IMG/VR virus record: IMGVR_UViG_3300009537_002640
Coordinates: 142,496 to 206,495 of that record
Direction: 5' to 3' (one strand)
DNA length: 64,000 bases
The notes beneath the pieces are model-generated. The model saw only the letters and a program-made list of their open reading frames with translations. It did not search any database and was not told the origin of the DNA. This document shows positions 37,955 to 46,982 of the stretch, piece by piece. Position 1 is the stretch's first letter. Each line of letters starts with the position of its first letter. A program made the translations under genes and the position numbers.

Positions 37955-38468
37955 TGTTTAATCCAGACAGTTTGTAGGCGAGCCAGTCGTGCTTTAGATC
38001 ATGGAGATGGCTGTATACCGTTCCAGTACACATAAGCTTCAGGGTATGTTGATAACTCTCACCTATAAGCTCTATTTCTGATGGCTTGGTAAGCTCCTTG
38101 AATTGCTTGGGATGCTTGTCAATAATAGTTGCTTCCTGTTCAGTTAGAAACAATATGGGGTCTGAAGAGTAAATGTCATCGCAATAGCACCTTAAGCCCT
38201 CTATTCCGAGCCGTTTCTTGATATTCTCTAGCTCTTTGGCCTCTTCCAAAGCCTGTTCTAGCTCCAAAACGTCGCCAGTGGGAGCTAAATTGTGCTGAAT
38301 GTACTCTATTTCGTCGAGTAACTTATTCAGGAAGTCGTAGTCTCTCCCCCGCAAACTTTGGAGAAGCTTATCCTTAAACGTGGGAGAGAGATGCTGCGTG
38401 AACATATCATTAGAATATTCTAATGCATCAATAAACTCTTGTCTTAAATCAGTATGTCTAAAATCCAT
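37941..38468 (-). CDS. Hypothetical helical protein, 175 aa
   Basis: Intact ORF with purine-rich RBS. Confidence 0.55.
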   Translation of the reverse strand: MDFRHTDLRQEFIDALEYSNDMFTQHLSPTFKDKLLQSLRGRDYDFLNKLLDEIEYIQHNLAPTGDVLELEQALEEAKELENIKKRLGIEGLRCYCDDIYSSDPILFLTEQEATIIDKHPKQFKELTKPSEIELIGESYQHTLKLMCTGTVYSHLHDLKHDWLAYKLSGLNNEGI

Positions 38469-38482
38469 ATCTTACTCTTTCT

Positions 38483-38836
38483 TTAGTATTCTGCTGTCAC
38501 AGCGAAGCCATTTTTAACCAGGTATTCATTTAGTGTTTCTGAGCTATCTGCTAAATATATGTAGGCGATATAGCGTCCGTATTTGCCAGTTTTATCTTTC
38601 TCAGTTTGCACGACAACATCCTTGTTCAATATCAATCGCTTAACTTCTTCTGTAGCAGCTATGCCCTTTTTGTACTCTTCAGAATCCTTTTTAACGCCAT
38701 GAGTTTCAGGAGTATTTATTCCAGCAAGCCTAACCCTTTCTTTCACATAGACTTTTAGCCCCAAATCTAAATCTAGGTCTACAGTGTCTCCGTCGACTAC
38801 ATTATAGCAATGCGCTTTATAAGTATAGAAATCCAT
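38483..38836 (-). CDS. Thermonuclease (SNase-like) protein, 117 aa
   Basis: VVDGDTV, RVRLAGINTPE, DKTGKYGRYIAYIY and LNEYLVKNGFA SNase motifs; GGAGG RBS. Confidence 0.9.
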   Translation of the reverse strand: MDFYTYKAHCYNVVDGDTVDLDLDLGLKVYVKERVRLAGINTPETHGVKKDSEEYKKGIAATEEVKRLILNKDVVVQTEKDKTGKYGRYIAYIYLADSSETLNEYLVKNGFAVTAEY

Positions 38837-38875
38837 AGTAATCCTCCTATTACATTATACCCCGTCCACGATCAT

Positions 38876-38904
38876 AAAAAAAGGAGCCACGAGGACTCCT
38901 TTTT
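38876..38904 (-). terminator. Intrinsic terminator after the major capsid gene
   Basis: mRNA GGAGUC-CUCGU-GGCUCC stem-loop followed by U7 and flanked by an A-tract. Confidence 0.85.
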
Positions 38905-38934
38905 CGTTTTATGGGTTGTTACCGTCAGCTAGAA

Positions 38935-39960
38935 TTAGCCTGCTGCTACATCCTTACGGCCAACTGCTACACCACGTGGGTTGACAATACCGATTCCGAT
39001 ATTTTCGTTCACGACCCAACCTAGCTTGAGCTGCTTGGGCTCATCAGCTGGGAGAACTTCAATATCTTGACGGATTGGCATTACACCAACGAACTCAGGG
39101 TCAGCAACACCGAAGATAGTTCCAACAGGAACAATCTTAGAAACGATGATGTCTGCGCCCCAAAGGTGTGCAAAAAGACCAGTCTGTAGGATTTCACGCT
39201 GAGTGACCATATCTACCTCTCCACCAGTGCCAGCTGCCTGACCACCGCCAGAGCCCCAGTTTAGAATATCGTTGAACTCAACGATGTTCATTAGGAACTT
39301 GGTAGTTACTAGGTCCCAACGGTCTACCTGAACTTTAATCTCAGAGAGATCGCGCTTTAGAAGACCTGCATCCGCGATATCCTGTGCAGTATTCTCGCCA
39401 CCGAGAGAATCATCACCTGCGAAATCCAGAGCTGCGAAGATGTTGGCATCCTCTTGTGCCTGAATTTCCTGACGTGCTTTCTGCTGGGCACGGTCGATGA
39501 CGTTAAATCTACGACGCTTCACCTCAGAAATACGTACAGTTGGGTTTGAAACAATCTCAAACTCAGGGACTGTTACACGGTCTGCGAAGACACGAGACTC
39601 GGGTGCGGAGCCGTTGCTAGAAATAACAACTGCGCTCACATCGATATCACGGTCATACACAGGCAGTGCACCTTGTGGTAGGGGGTCTACGACTAGAACT
39701 CGACGACCGACGCCTTGGTAATCCAAGTTACGACGAATTGGGTTCGCCATAGCCTGACCAAGAGCAACCTTTCCTTCCTGAGTCATAAGAGCACGACGAA
39801 CTAGCTCGTCCTTCTGCTCCTCTGTGAAAGAAGGCTGACCAGCAAGATTCTGGTTAGCCGATTGGTTCTGCTGGATGATAGACGCAAACTTTACAATCTG
39901 CGCTAACGCATCACGACTATCAACTGCGTTCAACTCCCCATGTGTATTAAACATACTCAT
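38935..39960 (-). CDS. Major capsid protein (HK97-like fold), 341 aa
   Basis: Start refined to ATG 39960 (GGAGG RBS). PIRRNLDYQGVGRRVLVVDPLPQGA..., PEFEIVSNPTV, RRFNVIDRAQQKARQEIQAQED and C-terminal GWVVNENIGIGIVNP match large-phage MCP patterns; position after protease/scaffold and decoration genes; own terminator. Confidence 0.85.
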   Translation of the reverse strand: MSMFNTHGELNAVDSRDALAQIVKFASIIQQNQSANQNLAGQPSFTEEQKDELVRRALMTQEGKVALGQAMANPIRRNLDYQGVGRRVLVVDPLPQGALPVYDRDIDVSAVVISSNGSAPESRVFADRVTVPEFEIVSNPTVRISEVKRRRFNVIDRAQQKARQEIQAQEDANIFAALDFAGDDSLGGENTAQDIADAGLLKRDLSEIKVQVDRWDLVTTKFLMNIVEFNDILNWGSGGGQAAGTGGEVDMVTQREILQTGLFAHLWGADIIVSKIVPVGTIFGVADPEFVGVMPIRQDIEVLPADEPKQLKLGWVVNENIGIGIVNPRGVAVGRKDVAAG

Positions 39961-40114
39961 GAAAGTACCTCCAAAAATTAACCTACGGCTCTTCTGGTCG
40001 TATATTGGTCCGTCCCATAAGAGTCCATAGAGTATCAATTAGTTTTGATTTTCTTCGTCGGTATAACCGACAGGTGCACAACGAAGTCAAATCAGGTCTT
40101 ACAGAGAATCGAAA

Positions 40115-40142
40115 TGTGGGGCCGGGCAATACCAGCCCCACA
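40115..40142 (-). promoter_or_regulatory. Strong 11-bp stem-loop between decoration-like gene and MCP
   Basis: UGUGGGGCUGG-UAUUGC-CCGGCCCCACA followed by UUUCGAUU; weak terminator or mRNA-stabilising hairpin. Confidence 0.6.
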
Positions 40143-40164
40143 ATCGTATTTAGCTTAAGCTATG

Positions 40165-40878
40165 TTATGCGTTGTGAGTTGCACCGAGATACTGGAACTT
40201 AACTCGGTCAAATGTCTCAGCAGCACCAACTAGCTTGCCAGGGGTGGTTACTAGAGATCCACTACCTGAGGTTTCTACAAACATACCGATTTTGTCAGCT
40301 GCCGCGACTGCCGCAGTAGACACGCTGAGCTTACCTGAAGTAGGCTCACGGTATAGTAGGTCACCTGGTAGAGGAGTATCATTTAGGCCACCGGGTCCAC
40401 CTGGGCTACCAGATGTATTTGGGTCTAGTGATGCATGTAGAGCATCGCTAGAAACCGCGTACAATCCTGGCTTGTCCCACGCTGTCACCTTACCAGAACC
40501 TGCTGCAGTGTGAGGTCCTAGCAAAGAACCGCCACTGGAAGTTGTGGTAGCAAGACCAACCGGCGTACCGATTAGCTCACCAAACAAGGTGCCATAGTGT
40601 GCCTGACCGTCGTCTAGCAAGTAGAAAAGCTTACGAGTCTCAGTTGCAGTATCGGCGATACGAAGCACTGGACGACTTGCAGTAGGGGTACCTACGTCAA
40701 CTTCGTCTGCAACGTAACCGTCGAGAACATCTGATGCTGCCTTTTCGCTTGCACTGTTGGTGCGAGATGCCTCGTCTAGAGTACCAACCTCACCGCCAAG
40801 GACGTTTGCTAGATCTGTGTCTAGGCAGTCAAACTGACCCAAAGGCTGAAGACCTGGCTGTAATAGATATAATGCCAT
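40165..40878 (-). CDS. Putative capsid decoration/cement protein, 237 aa
   Basis: Start refined to ATG 40878 (GGAGG RBS); immediately upstream of MCP; Gly-rich beta protein; shares GSG[KR]xTxWxxxGx[YF] with the 231-aa ORF. Confidence 0.6.
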   Translation of the reverse strand: MALYLLQPGLQPLGQFDCLDTDLANVLGGEVGTLDEASRTNSASEKAASDVLDGYVADEVDVGTPTASRPVLRIADTATETRKLFYLLDDGQAHYGTLFGELIGTPVGLATTTSSGGSLLGPHTAAGSGKVTAWDKPGLYAVSSDALHASLDPNTSGSPGGPGGLNDTPLPGDLLYREPTSGKLSVSTAAVAAADKIGMFVETSGSGSLVTTPGKLVGAAETFDRVKFQYLGATHNA

Positions 40879-40970
40879 TTTGTTATCCTCCAAATTAGTT
40901 TTTGGGTGGTAAATTCTCACTGACGAAGCAAATTCGATATAGAGAACAACCTTCTTATACTTACATCTAA

Positions 40971-40980
40971 ATATTAGTAG
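40971..40980 (-). promoter_or_regulatory. Putative late promoter motif (CTACTAATAT)
   Basis: Intergenic TAYTAATA copy, 93 nt upstream of the decoration-MCP unit. Confidence 0.6.
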
Positions 40981-40994
40981 ATTTCTTTCGCGAC

Positions 40995-42515
40995 TTAGTA
41001 GTTATTTACTATGTTAAATGCTTCAATTAGGGTATTTCGGTCGGTTATTCGGCCATCTGGGGCTACTAAGGCACCAGTCCATTCGTCGGTTTTTGACCTT
41101 TTATTGAAGTCTTGCTCTAATCTTTTCAGGGTCTGTATCGTATTTCGGTCTACTCGTCCAGTTTGCTGTATACCCAAAAGACCTTGTATCTCAGAAACCT
41201 CATTCTTACCAGGCTCTTTAATGGTCATGCCAGGAGTCTTGGATATATCGGCTGAAACACCCAGTCGTTCTGCTAATCCTACCAAAGTATTAGTTGATTC
41301 TTGAACAAAAGTAGTTATCTTCTGACCTAATTGTTTGGCTAATTCTGGATTATCGCTACCCTCTACAACCGTCTGCCAATCTCCAAGAGCGCCGTTGATG
41401 TCATTTATTTCTTTAGACATCTTAGTTACATACATCTGGATTGCCCTTTCTGCATTTTCGCCTTTCAGAGCACTATCTACACCTGCAGAAAGTCTTGCCA
41501 TATCGGATAAGGAGCCTTTAGCTTCATTAACCACTACCCTTCCTCTACCAGATACTTCTAACCTGGATAATTCAGAGGAAAGCCCATTGCTTGCTTTGCT
41601 ATTTTCTGCTGGAGGGTTATCGTCAAACCAACTATATATCTTTAACAACGCTGCCCCACCTGCCAATGCTGCAGCGGACAACCCTAATCTCCTTGCAGTA
41701 TCACCCACAGTTAGACCCATAATTTTCTGTCGAGTGGTTAGCTTTCCACCGCCTGCAATTAGGTCTGCTATTTTGTCTTTTGACATTAGCTTACTTAGTC
41801 GAGCGTTATTCTGAGGATTAGCCAGCCACAATTCCAATTGACGAGATGCCGCAGGATTCCTCTTAAGAGCTATATATTTTCTCACGAATGCCGTGTCAGA
41901 ACCAGATGTGGTTTGCTTCATAATATTCTGTGTCAGATTGAAAGCCTCTTCGTATTTTCCTCGTGCTTGTGCAACACCAGGATGAGTCATTGGGGCATCT
42001 GAGGAGCGTAATACATCAAGAGCACCTCTTACATTACCACTATTAGCATTTTGCCATGCACCAGATAGAGTTTCCATCAACTTTTGATTCTCAGTCACTC
42101 TACCCTGCAAGTCCATCAGCATCTGTTCTGCTTGTTCATGTGCAACTTGGTCTAATTGTTGTGGGTCTACTTTTTTCGTAGGATAAACAGTTCTAGTAAG
42201 CCTTTGAATTTCTCGCTGGTCTTCTAGAATTTCAGCCCTAAGTCTTTGCAAAGCTTTAGATAAGTCGCCGTGTCCAGAGCGAACAAGCTTTGTAACCTCT
42301 GCTCCAGCTTTTTCTCCGAGGTCACTAACCTGTTTAAAATCAGTCACAAGCTTTTCAGCCATTCGGGCAGCACCCTCTGCACTTTCTTCAACTGCTTCTT
42401 TTCCAGCGCGAGCCCACCATTTAGCAGATGCACGAGCAAGATCATCGCTGGCACTACCAAATGCTTTAGCAACAGCTTTAGCTACTGGGCTTACCAACTT
42501 TCTAAGTAGGCCCAC
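40995..42515 (-). CDS. Putative ejection/internal virion protein, 506 aa from GTG (probably the 3' part of a frameshift fusion with 42557-43087)
   Basis: Helical; hydrophobic LGLSAAALAGGAALLKIYSWF; C-terminal PG-binding-like EVSEIQGLLGIQQTGRVDRNT; no RBS before the GTG and the frame stays open upstream past 42590. Confidence 0.7.
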   Translation of the reverse strand: MGLLRKLVSPVAKAVAKAFGSASDDLARASAKWWARAGKEAVEESAEGAARMAEKLVTDFKQVSDLGEKAGAEVTKLVRSGHGDLSKALQRLRAEILEDQREIQRLTRTVYPTKKVDPQQLDQVAHEQAEQMLMDLQGRVTENQKLMETLSGAWQNANSGNVRGALDVLRSSDAPMTHPGVAQARGKYEEAFNLTQNIMKQTTSGSDTAFVRKYIALKRNPAASRQLELWLANPQNNARLSKLMSKDKIADLIAGGGKLTTRQKIMGLTVGDTARRLGLSAAALAGGAALLKIYSWFDDNPPAENSKASNGLSSELSRLEVSGRGRVVVNEAKGSLSDMARLSAGVDSALKGENAERAIQMYVTKMSKEINDINGALGDWQTVVEGSDNPELAKQLGQKITTFVQESTNTLVGLAERLGVSADISKTPGMTIKEPGKNEVSEIQGLLGIQQTGRVDRNTIQTLKRLEQDFNKRSKTDEWTGALVAPDGRITDRNTLIEAFNIVNNY

Positions 42516-42556
42516 AGGTATAGCTGTTTTATGTAGTGGACTTACCCGACTGCTGA

Positions 42557-43087
42557 TTACCCTTCGTCTGTCGGTGCCTCGTCGAAAGGGGGGCCAGCCT
42601 CCTCTGCAAGTAGAGCTTCTAGTTCAGCATCTATGTTGTCTGCAGAATCATTCATGGCACTCAGTGTATCAGACATCTGGGTCACAACTCTTTTCGCTGC
42701 ATCAGTTAGAGAGTTAGCTACATCAGTTGCACCAACTTCTTCTGCAGCTTCAGCCATTTTTACTAGACGAACAACAGTATGAGCATATCTACCCACCAAG
42801 GAGCCGGTTGGGCTTTTATTCAACATTTCTATGAGCTTCTTCTGCTGCTCTACTTGATTTTCTACCAAGCCACCATCACCGCGAGCTTCTGCAACATAGA
42901 CTGGCTCTGGATGAGCCTCCTCTATTATGCTCTTCTCTGGCTGGTCTAGTCTCTTCTTTCGGATAGTTTCTACATCCTCTTGGTAAGGATTAGGCTCTGG
43001 TAATGCGGTCTTCTTAAGACCTAAGACATTAGTTTCAGAAGCAATCTTTAGAAACTCTATCATAACCTCGGAATTTTCCCAATTCAT
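42557..43087 (-). CDS. Internal head protein, 176 aa
   Basis: WENSEVMIEFLKIA N-terminal motif, AHP..VEN motif and helical-hairpin tag, each shared with neighbours. Confidence 0.7.
   Translation of the reverse strand: MNWENSEVMIEFLKIASETNVLGLKKTALPEPNPYQEDVETIRKKRLDQPEKSIIEEAHPEPVYVAEARGDGGLVENQVEQQKKLIEMLNKSPTGSLVGRYAHTVVRLVKMAEAAEEVGATDVANSLTDAAKRVVTQMSDTLSAMNDSADNIDAELEALLAEEAGPPFDEAPTDEG
42584..42603 (-). promoter_or_regulatory. Candidate -1 ribosomal frameshift site (AGGAGG, 7-nt spacer, C CCU UUC)
   Basis: X XXY YYZ heptamer in the 0 frame of the 176-aa ORF; the -1 frame is the open frame of the downstream 506-aa ORF. Confidence 0.5.
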
Positions 43088-43089
43088 AT

Positions 43090-43698
43090 TTAGCTCCTTG
43101 GCCCCATATATCCTTGGGGACCATAATTTTTCGGGTCTAGCGATGGGTCTTTTGGAAGAAACTGAAAAGCACCAGCCATCTCTTCACCCTTCTCTCTGGC
43201 ACCCTCTTCATTTCCACTAGTAAACATATCGTAAATTTCGCCTATCTTGGTAAAGCCAAAAGCAAACAGTAGATACTTAGCTGCACGCCAAAGATTCTTT
43301 AGTAGTGCTCGTGGACTTATAACATATTTCCATATGAACTTAAGCACCACACTTGCGAACGCTTCCTTTACTATCTGGTTTTCCATAGAACTAGCGATTT
43401 TGTTTATTCGTTCATCGTTTAGGTTGGCTGTTGCTGGCATTCCAAAAAGCTGTGTAGTAACACCTTGTTCATCGAGCCATCTACCAAAGTCCTCTAACCC
43501 ATATCCGTAATTAGATAAAACTTTATCAAGGGCAGTTATCATCATTCCGCTCCAACCGAAAACAGATGGGGCGTATGATATCAATCTAAAAAGATTTTGC
43601 CCGGGGCCTTGATCGGTTCTCCACATACCTTGAACCATTTTCTTTATGCCTTCTGCAACAAATGCTCGTTTTGAAATATATCGCATAGCTTTGTCCAT
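43090..43698 (-). CDS. Putative ejection/internal protein with hydrophobic helices, about 202 aa
   Basis: Start refined to 43698 (TAATG coupling); ISKRA and IVKEA motifs; hydrophobic segments. Confidence 0.6.
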   Translation of the reverse strand: MDKAMRYISKRAFVAEGIKKMVQGMWRTDQGPGQNLFRLISYAPSVFGWSGMMITALDKVLSNYGYGLEDFGRWLDEQGVTTQLFGMPATANLNDERINKIASSMENQIVKEAFASVVLKFIWKYVISPRALLKNLWRAAKYLLFAFGFTKIGEIYDMFTSGNEEGAREKGEEMAGAFQFLPKDPSLDPKNYGPQGYMGPRS

Positions 43699-45347
43699 TA
43701 TAGAATCGAATTGCGTCCCTGAAAACGGCCATAGTTCCTCTTTACATAATCTTGTAGCATAGGCATGCTCCAATCAGATGGAGGGGGCAGTCCTCTTGGT
43801 CCCTTAAATACCTGTGACACCAGTCGCACTTGATTCTCTCTACTAAAACCCCTATTAGCTAGCCAAGTTTGTGCCGGTGTTCCATCAATAAACTTGTTAT
43901 TGAGTGCAGCTAAAATTTCTGCACCTGTAGGGTTCCACTTATGAGGCTGCTCTTCAACATCATAGGTTCCGCCACCATACTGAACTCCAGTCTGTCGCTC
44001 TTGTGGAGCTGCACCAGGCTGAGTACTTTGTTGCACTGTCTGTGACAGAGTATTAACCTTTTGGCTTATAGCATTCAATACAGCAGGATTTTTACCAACT
44101 ACCCTATAGTCTGTTTGTGGCACATTCATCCACTGACGCAAACGAGGAGACGAATTCATAAATGTCTCCAGCGCCTTTTGAGTATTTGGTCCATAAATGC
44201 CGTCTTCATTGATTCTGCTTGCGCCAGTACTATATGCCTGGTTAAGATAGTTCAAAGACTGTTGCATGCTTGTTACGGCTGGATTCCTTCTGGACAATTG
44301 TCGCTGAGTCCTCTCTTTCTTAGCCGCTCCAGCTGGCCCCCTAAGAGTAACTTGAGTTCCGTCGCCAAGTGTTAGAGCGCGTTTAGACAACCGCTCCTTA
44401 GAGCTTGCTGTAGTAGCAGCAGTGCCTAAGGCTTTTTCAAACAAGCCATGAAGCATAACTAAACTCTGAACGTTGTTCTTAACATCTTCAAGAGTTGCAC
44501 TCTTTGATGCCAACGCTTCTGCCAAGTTGTATCCTGCTTCTTCGCTCTTATTATCGAATTTAGGAGGTCCGCCAAAGCGCTCAGAAAGCTGGTCATACAT
44601 AGATTTTACTTTCTGCCCAAGCTCAGCAAGGTCCTTATTTAAAGTCTGCCCATATTCCTCGACAGCTTTCTGCATAACGGCCTTTTGTTCAGATGCTGCT
44701 TTTTCTTTTAGCTGTAACATAGCAGTTAGTGTCTTATCAATTGCCTGTTCAGCCTGCTCAGCATCACCAGATATCAAACCACCATAACCCCAATCGGTAA
44801 GTTTTGGCTTCAATTGCGTAGGAAACCACTCCTTAAGGCTAACAAGATACTTTGTAAGTTCTGTTAGAGCATTAAGCTTACCTTTGGTTTGTTGAAGTTT
44901 CTCTTCCTCAGACTCAGGAACATCCTGAACGCCCATAGCCGCCTTAAACTCTTTTAGTTTGCCGGTGACTTTTTCTATCTGAGCTTTGGTTTGTTCGTCC
45001 TTAGGATCTAAGTCCTCAAACCTTTCCACTAAATCATCCAAATTATCATCAGCCAGCTTAGTAGCCTGCCAAACAATAGTAGCTCCAAGAATAAGAGCCA
45101 TTGCCGCCCAGCCTGCTGGTCCTGCAGGAGCAAACATTCCAGCTACTGCAGCGGCTTTACCGGTGACACCAAGAGCTAATGCGGCTTTAGCAGCACCAAT
45201 AACTGCTGCCTCCGTAGCTACATTGCTTAATATAGCTTCGCCCCAGTCAGAACTAGCGGCTTCTTTCACTATAGCAGGGGCCATAGCAATACGCGCATAT
45301 TCCTGCATGATTTCGCTATTTTCAAACTGAGACATATAGCTCTCCAT
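43698..45347 (-). CDS. Putative ejection protein with membrane-like segment and peptidoglycan-binding domain, 549 aa
   Basis: FENSEIMQEYARIA motif; about 45-aa Ala/Gly hydrophobic stretch; VTSMQQSLN...DGIYGPNTQKAL PG-binding-1 signature; LSKRA linker. Confidence 0.7.
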   Translation of the reverse strand: MESYMSQFENSEIMQEYARIAMAPAIVKEAASSDWGEAILSNVATEAAVIGAAKAALALGVTGKAAAVAGMFAPAGPAGWAAMALILGATIVWQATKLADDNLDDLVERFEDLDPKDEQTKAQIEKVTGKLKEFKAAMGVQDVPESEEEKLQQTKGKLNALTELTKYLVSLKEWFPTQLKPKLTDWGYGGLISGDAEQAEQAIDKTLTAMLQLKEKAASEQKAVMQKAVEEYGQTLNKDLAELGQKVKSMYDQLSERFGGPPKFDNKSEEAGYNLAEALASKSATLEDVKNNVQSLVMLHGLFEKALGTAATTASSKERLSKRALTLGDGTQVTLRGPAGAAKKERTQRQLSRRNPAVTSMQQSLNYLNQAYSTGASRINEDGIYGPNTQKALETFMNSSPRLRQWMNVPQTDYRVVGKNPAVLNAISQKVNTLSQTVQQSTQPGAAPQERQTGVQYGGGTYDVEEQPHKWNPTGAEILAALNNKFIDGTPAQTWLANRGFSRENQVRLVSQVFKGPRGLPPPSDWSMPMLQDYVKRNYGRFQGRNSIL

Positions 45348-46969
45348 TAGATATTGATGAATTGCTTTATTTGATCAGGGGTTAGGCTTTTAACTGTTCC
45401 TGCAAACTCCTGCTCTAATTTGCCCATTGCAGCTTCTGGGGTAAAGAAACGAATCATAGATTTATAAGATTCTCTAGCCCTAGTACGCAAAGCTTGTTCT
45501 AATTCTGGTGCTCGGCGAAGAGGAAGTCTAGGAAATCTTTTTTGAAACGTCTGAAGCATCAACTGCTCTGCCGCTTGTGGACTCGGACCCTGTGGTTGAG
45601 CCTCCCCCGGCGCCGTCTCTTCTTTCTTTGCTGTTCCAGCACCCTGATTCTGTACTGCATCAAATATAGCTCTAAAGCCAGCCTTACTCTTTACGGCTGC
45701 CCATGCATCTGGATACTTTTGGCGTAACACGTTAGCAAGCTGCCTATCAAAAGGTTGATTTGCTTTCGGCTGTAAGCCCACCATAGTTCTAAGTCGATTT
45801 TGCAGCTGAGTTAGCCTCATCTTTTTCTTATCTTGAGTAGTAGCAGTACCAGATTCATCGAGATTAATTTCTCCTGCTCCAGCAGCCTCCCAACCCTCTG
45901 GGGTTGTAGGAAACCCTGTTTGAGGGTCAACCTTCTGCTGAGTAGTTGCTACTCCAGAATCTTGCTGTTGTCTGCGTTGAGCTAACATTTGTTGTTCTGC
46001 TTGGAGATTAGGAGACCATTGTGCAACCATTGGCTGCACAACACTAGGTAGGTCAGGAGCATTTTTGCCCCATCGAGATTGAAGTTTTTGTAGTGCACTC
46101 ATTGCTTCAGTCAAAGTAGGCATTGAGGTTCCTTGCCACTCACGAATTACCATAGGCTTATTGAATCTCCCACCCAAATCAGCTTGGTTTAGAGCATCCA
46201 ATACCTGCTTCTTAAATTGTTGTGCCGCAGGACTCGCAGCAACCTTTACTTTTTTTTTTAACAGTGAGTCAACACGGTCAGCCGCCTTAACGTACCCAAG
46301 CTTATCCAGTCGGTCAGCTAGATTTAGAAGAGCTGCGTAAGTTCCCTTGGGCATGCTTAACGCAACCTCTACATCCTTCTTTTGCTGCTCGACGATGGTC
46401 TCTACCAAATTCTCATCAGTTTTGCTGTGAGTAAGTTCGGTCCTAGTGCCACCACCCGGATGAGCCTTATCTACTAGCTGTTCGCCAGTCTCGCCAGATA
46501 CATCATAAAGCTTTTCTTCTGCGGTTTTCATATTCTCCATCTCTGCGGATTGTTGTTTGGTTAGGTCCAACTCAGGAAGTTTGGCGTGGGTAAGAGGCGT
46601 AACCCAAGCGTTTGTTACTTCTGTGTGAAACTTTTGAGCTGCAGCCTGTACTTCTGGATTATTAGCGTATGCTTTGGTCCAATGAGCAACTACGGCGTCA
46701 CGAATTCGACCCAAAAATAAGCCAAGCCTCTGATTAGGAATCTTGCCATAGTATTTGGCATGAAACTTATTCATAGCCTGAGTAGCATCCATAAATGGAT
46801 TCTTTGAGCGCATGAGCTGATTAATGGTTTGTCTCATCTCATTAGCAGCTGGACCAGCTTCTTTCAACAGCTCCTCATCTGAAGCTTGTTTGACTAAGCC
46901 CTTGTTAGCAGCAATGTTTGCAAACTCTCTCATCACTTCGCTATCATCAAAATTGTAATTGTGTCGCAT
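45347..46969 (-). CDS. Putative internal/ejection protein, 540 aa
   Basis: FDDSEVMREFANIA motif, AHPGGG-TELTHSKTD motif, helical-hairpin tag, Gln-rich linkers, degenerate PG-binding-like segment. Confidence 0.7.
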   Translation of the reverse strand: MRHNYNFDDSEVMREFANIAANKGLVKQASDEELLKEAGPAANEMRQTINQLMRSKNPFMDATQAMNKFHAKYYGKIPNQRLGLFLGRIRDAVVAHWTKAYANNPEVQAAAQKFHTEVTNAWVTPLTHAKLPELDLTKQQSAEMENMKTAEEKLYDVSGETGEQLVDKAHPGGGTRTELTHSKTDENLVETIVEQQKKDVEVALSMPKGTYAALLNLADRLDKLGYVKAADRVDSLLKKKVKVAASPAAQQFKKQVLDALNQADLGGRFNKPMVIREWQGTSMPTLTEAMSALQKLQSRWGKNAPDLPSVVQPMVAQWSPNLQAEQQMLAQRRQQQDSGVATTQQKVDPQTGFPTTPEGWEAAGAGEINLDESGTATTQDKKKMRLTQLQNRLRTMVGLQPKANQPFDRQLANVLRQKYPDAWAAVKSKAGFRAIFDAVQNQGAGTAKKEETAPGEAQPQGPSPQAAEQLMLQTFQKRFPRLPLRRAPELEQALRTRARESYKSMIRFFTPEAAMGKLEQEFAGTVKSLTPDQIKQFINI

Positions 46970-46982
46970 GATAATACCCCTA

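Noticed and set aside
38854-38859. TATAAT sigma70 -10 box upstream of the SNase-like gene
   Set aside because: No credible -35 or extended -10 element at the right spacing; a single hexamer is expected by chance
39961-40038. Longer MCP start (367 aa) and other extended starts given in the ORF track
   Set aside because: Downstream ATGs have clear Shine-Dalgarno sequences or TAATG/ATGA coupling and remove implausible overlaps, so refined starts were used
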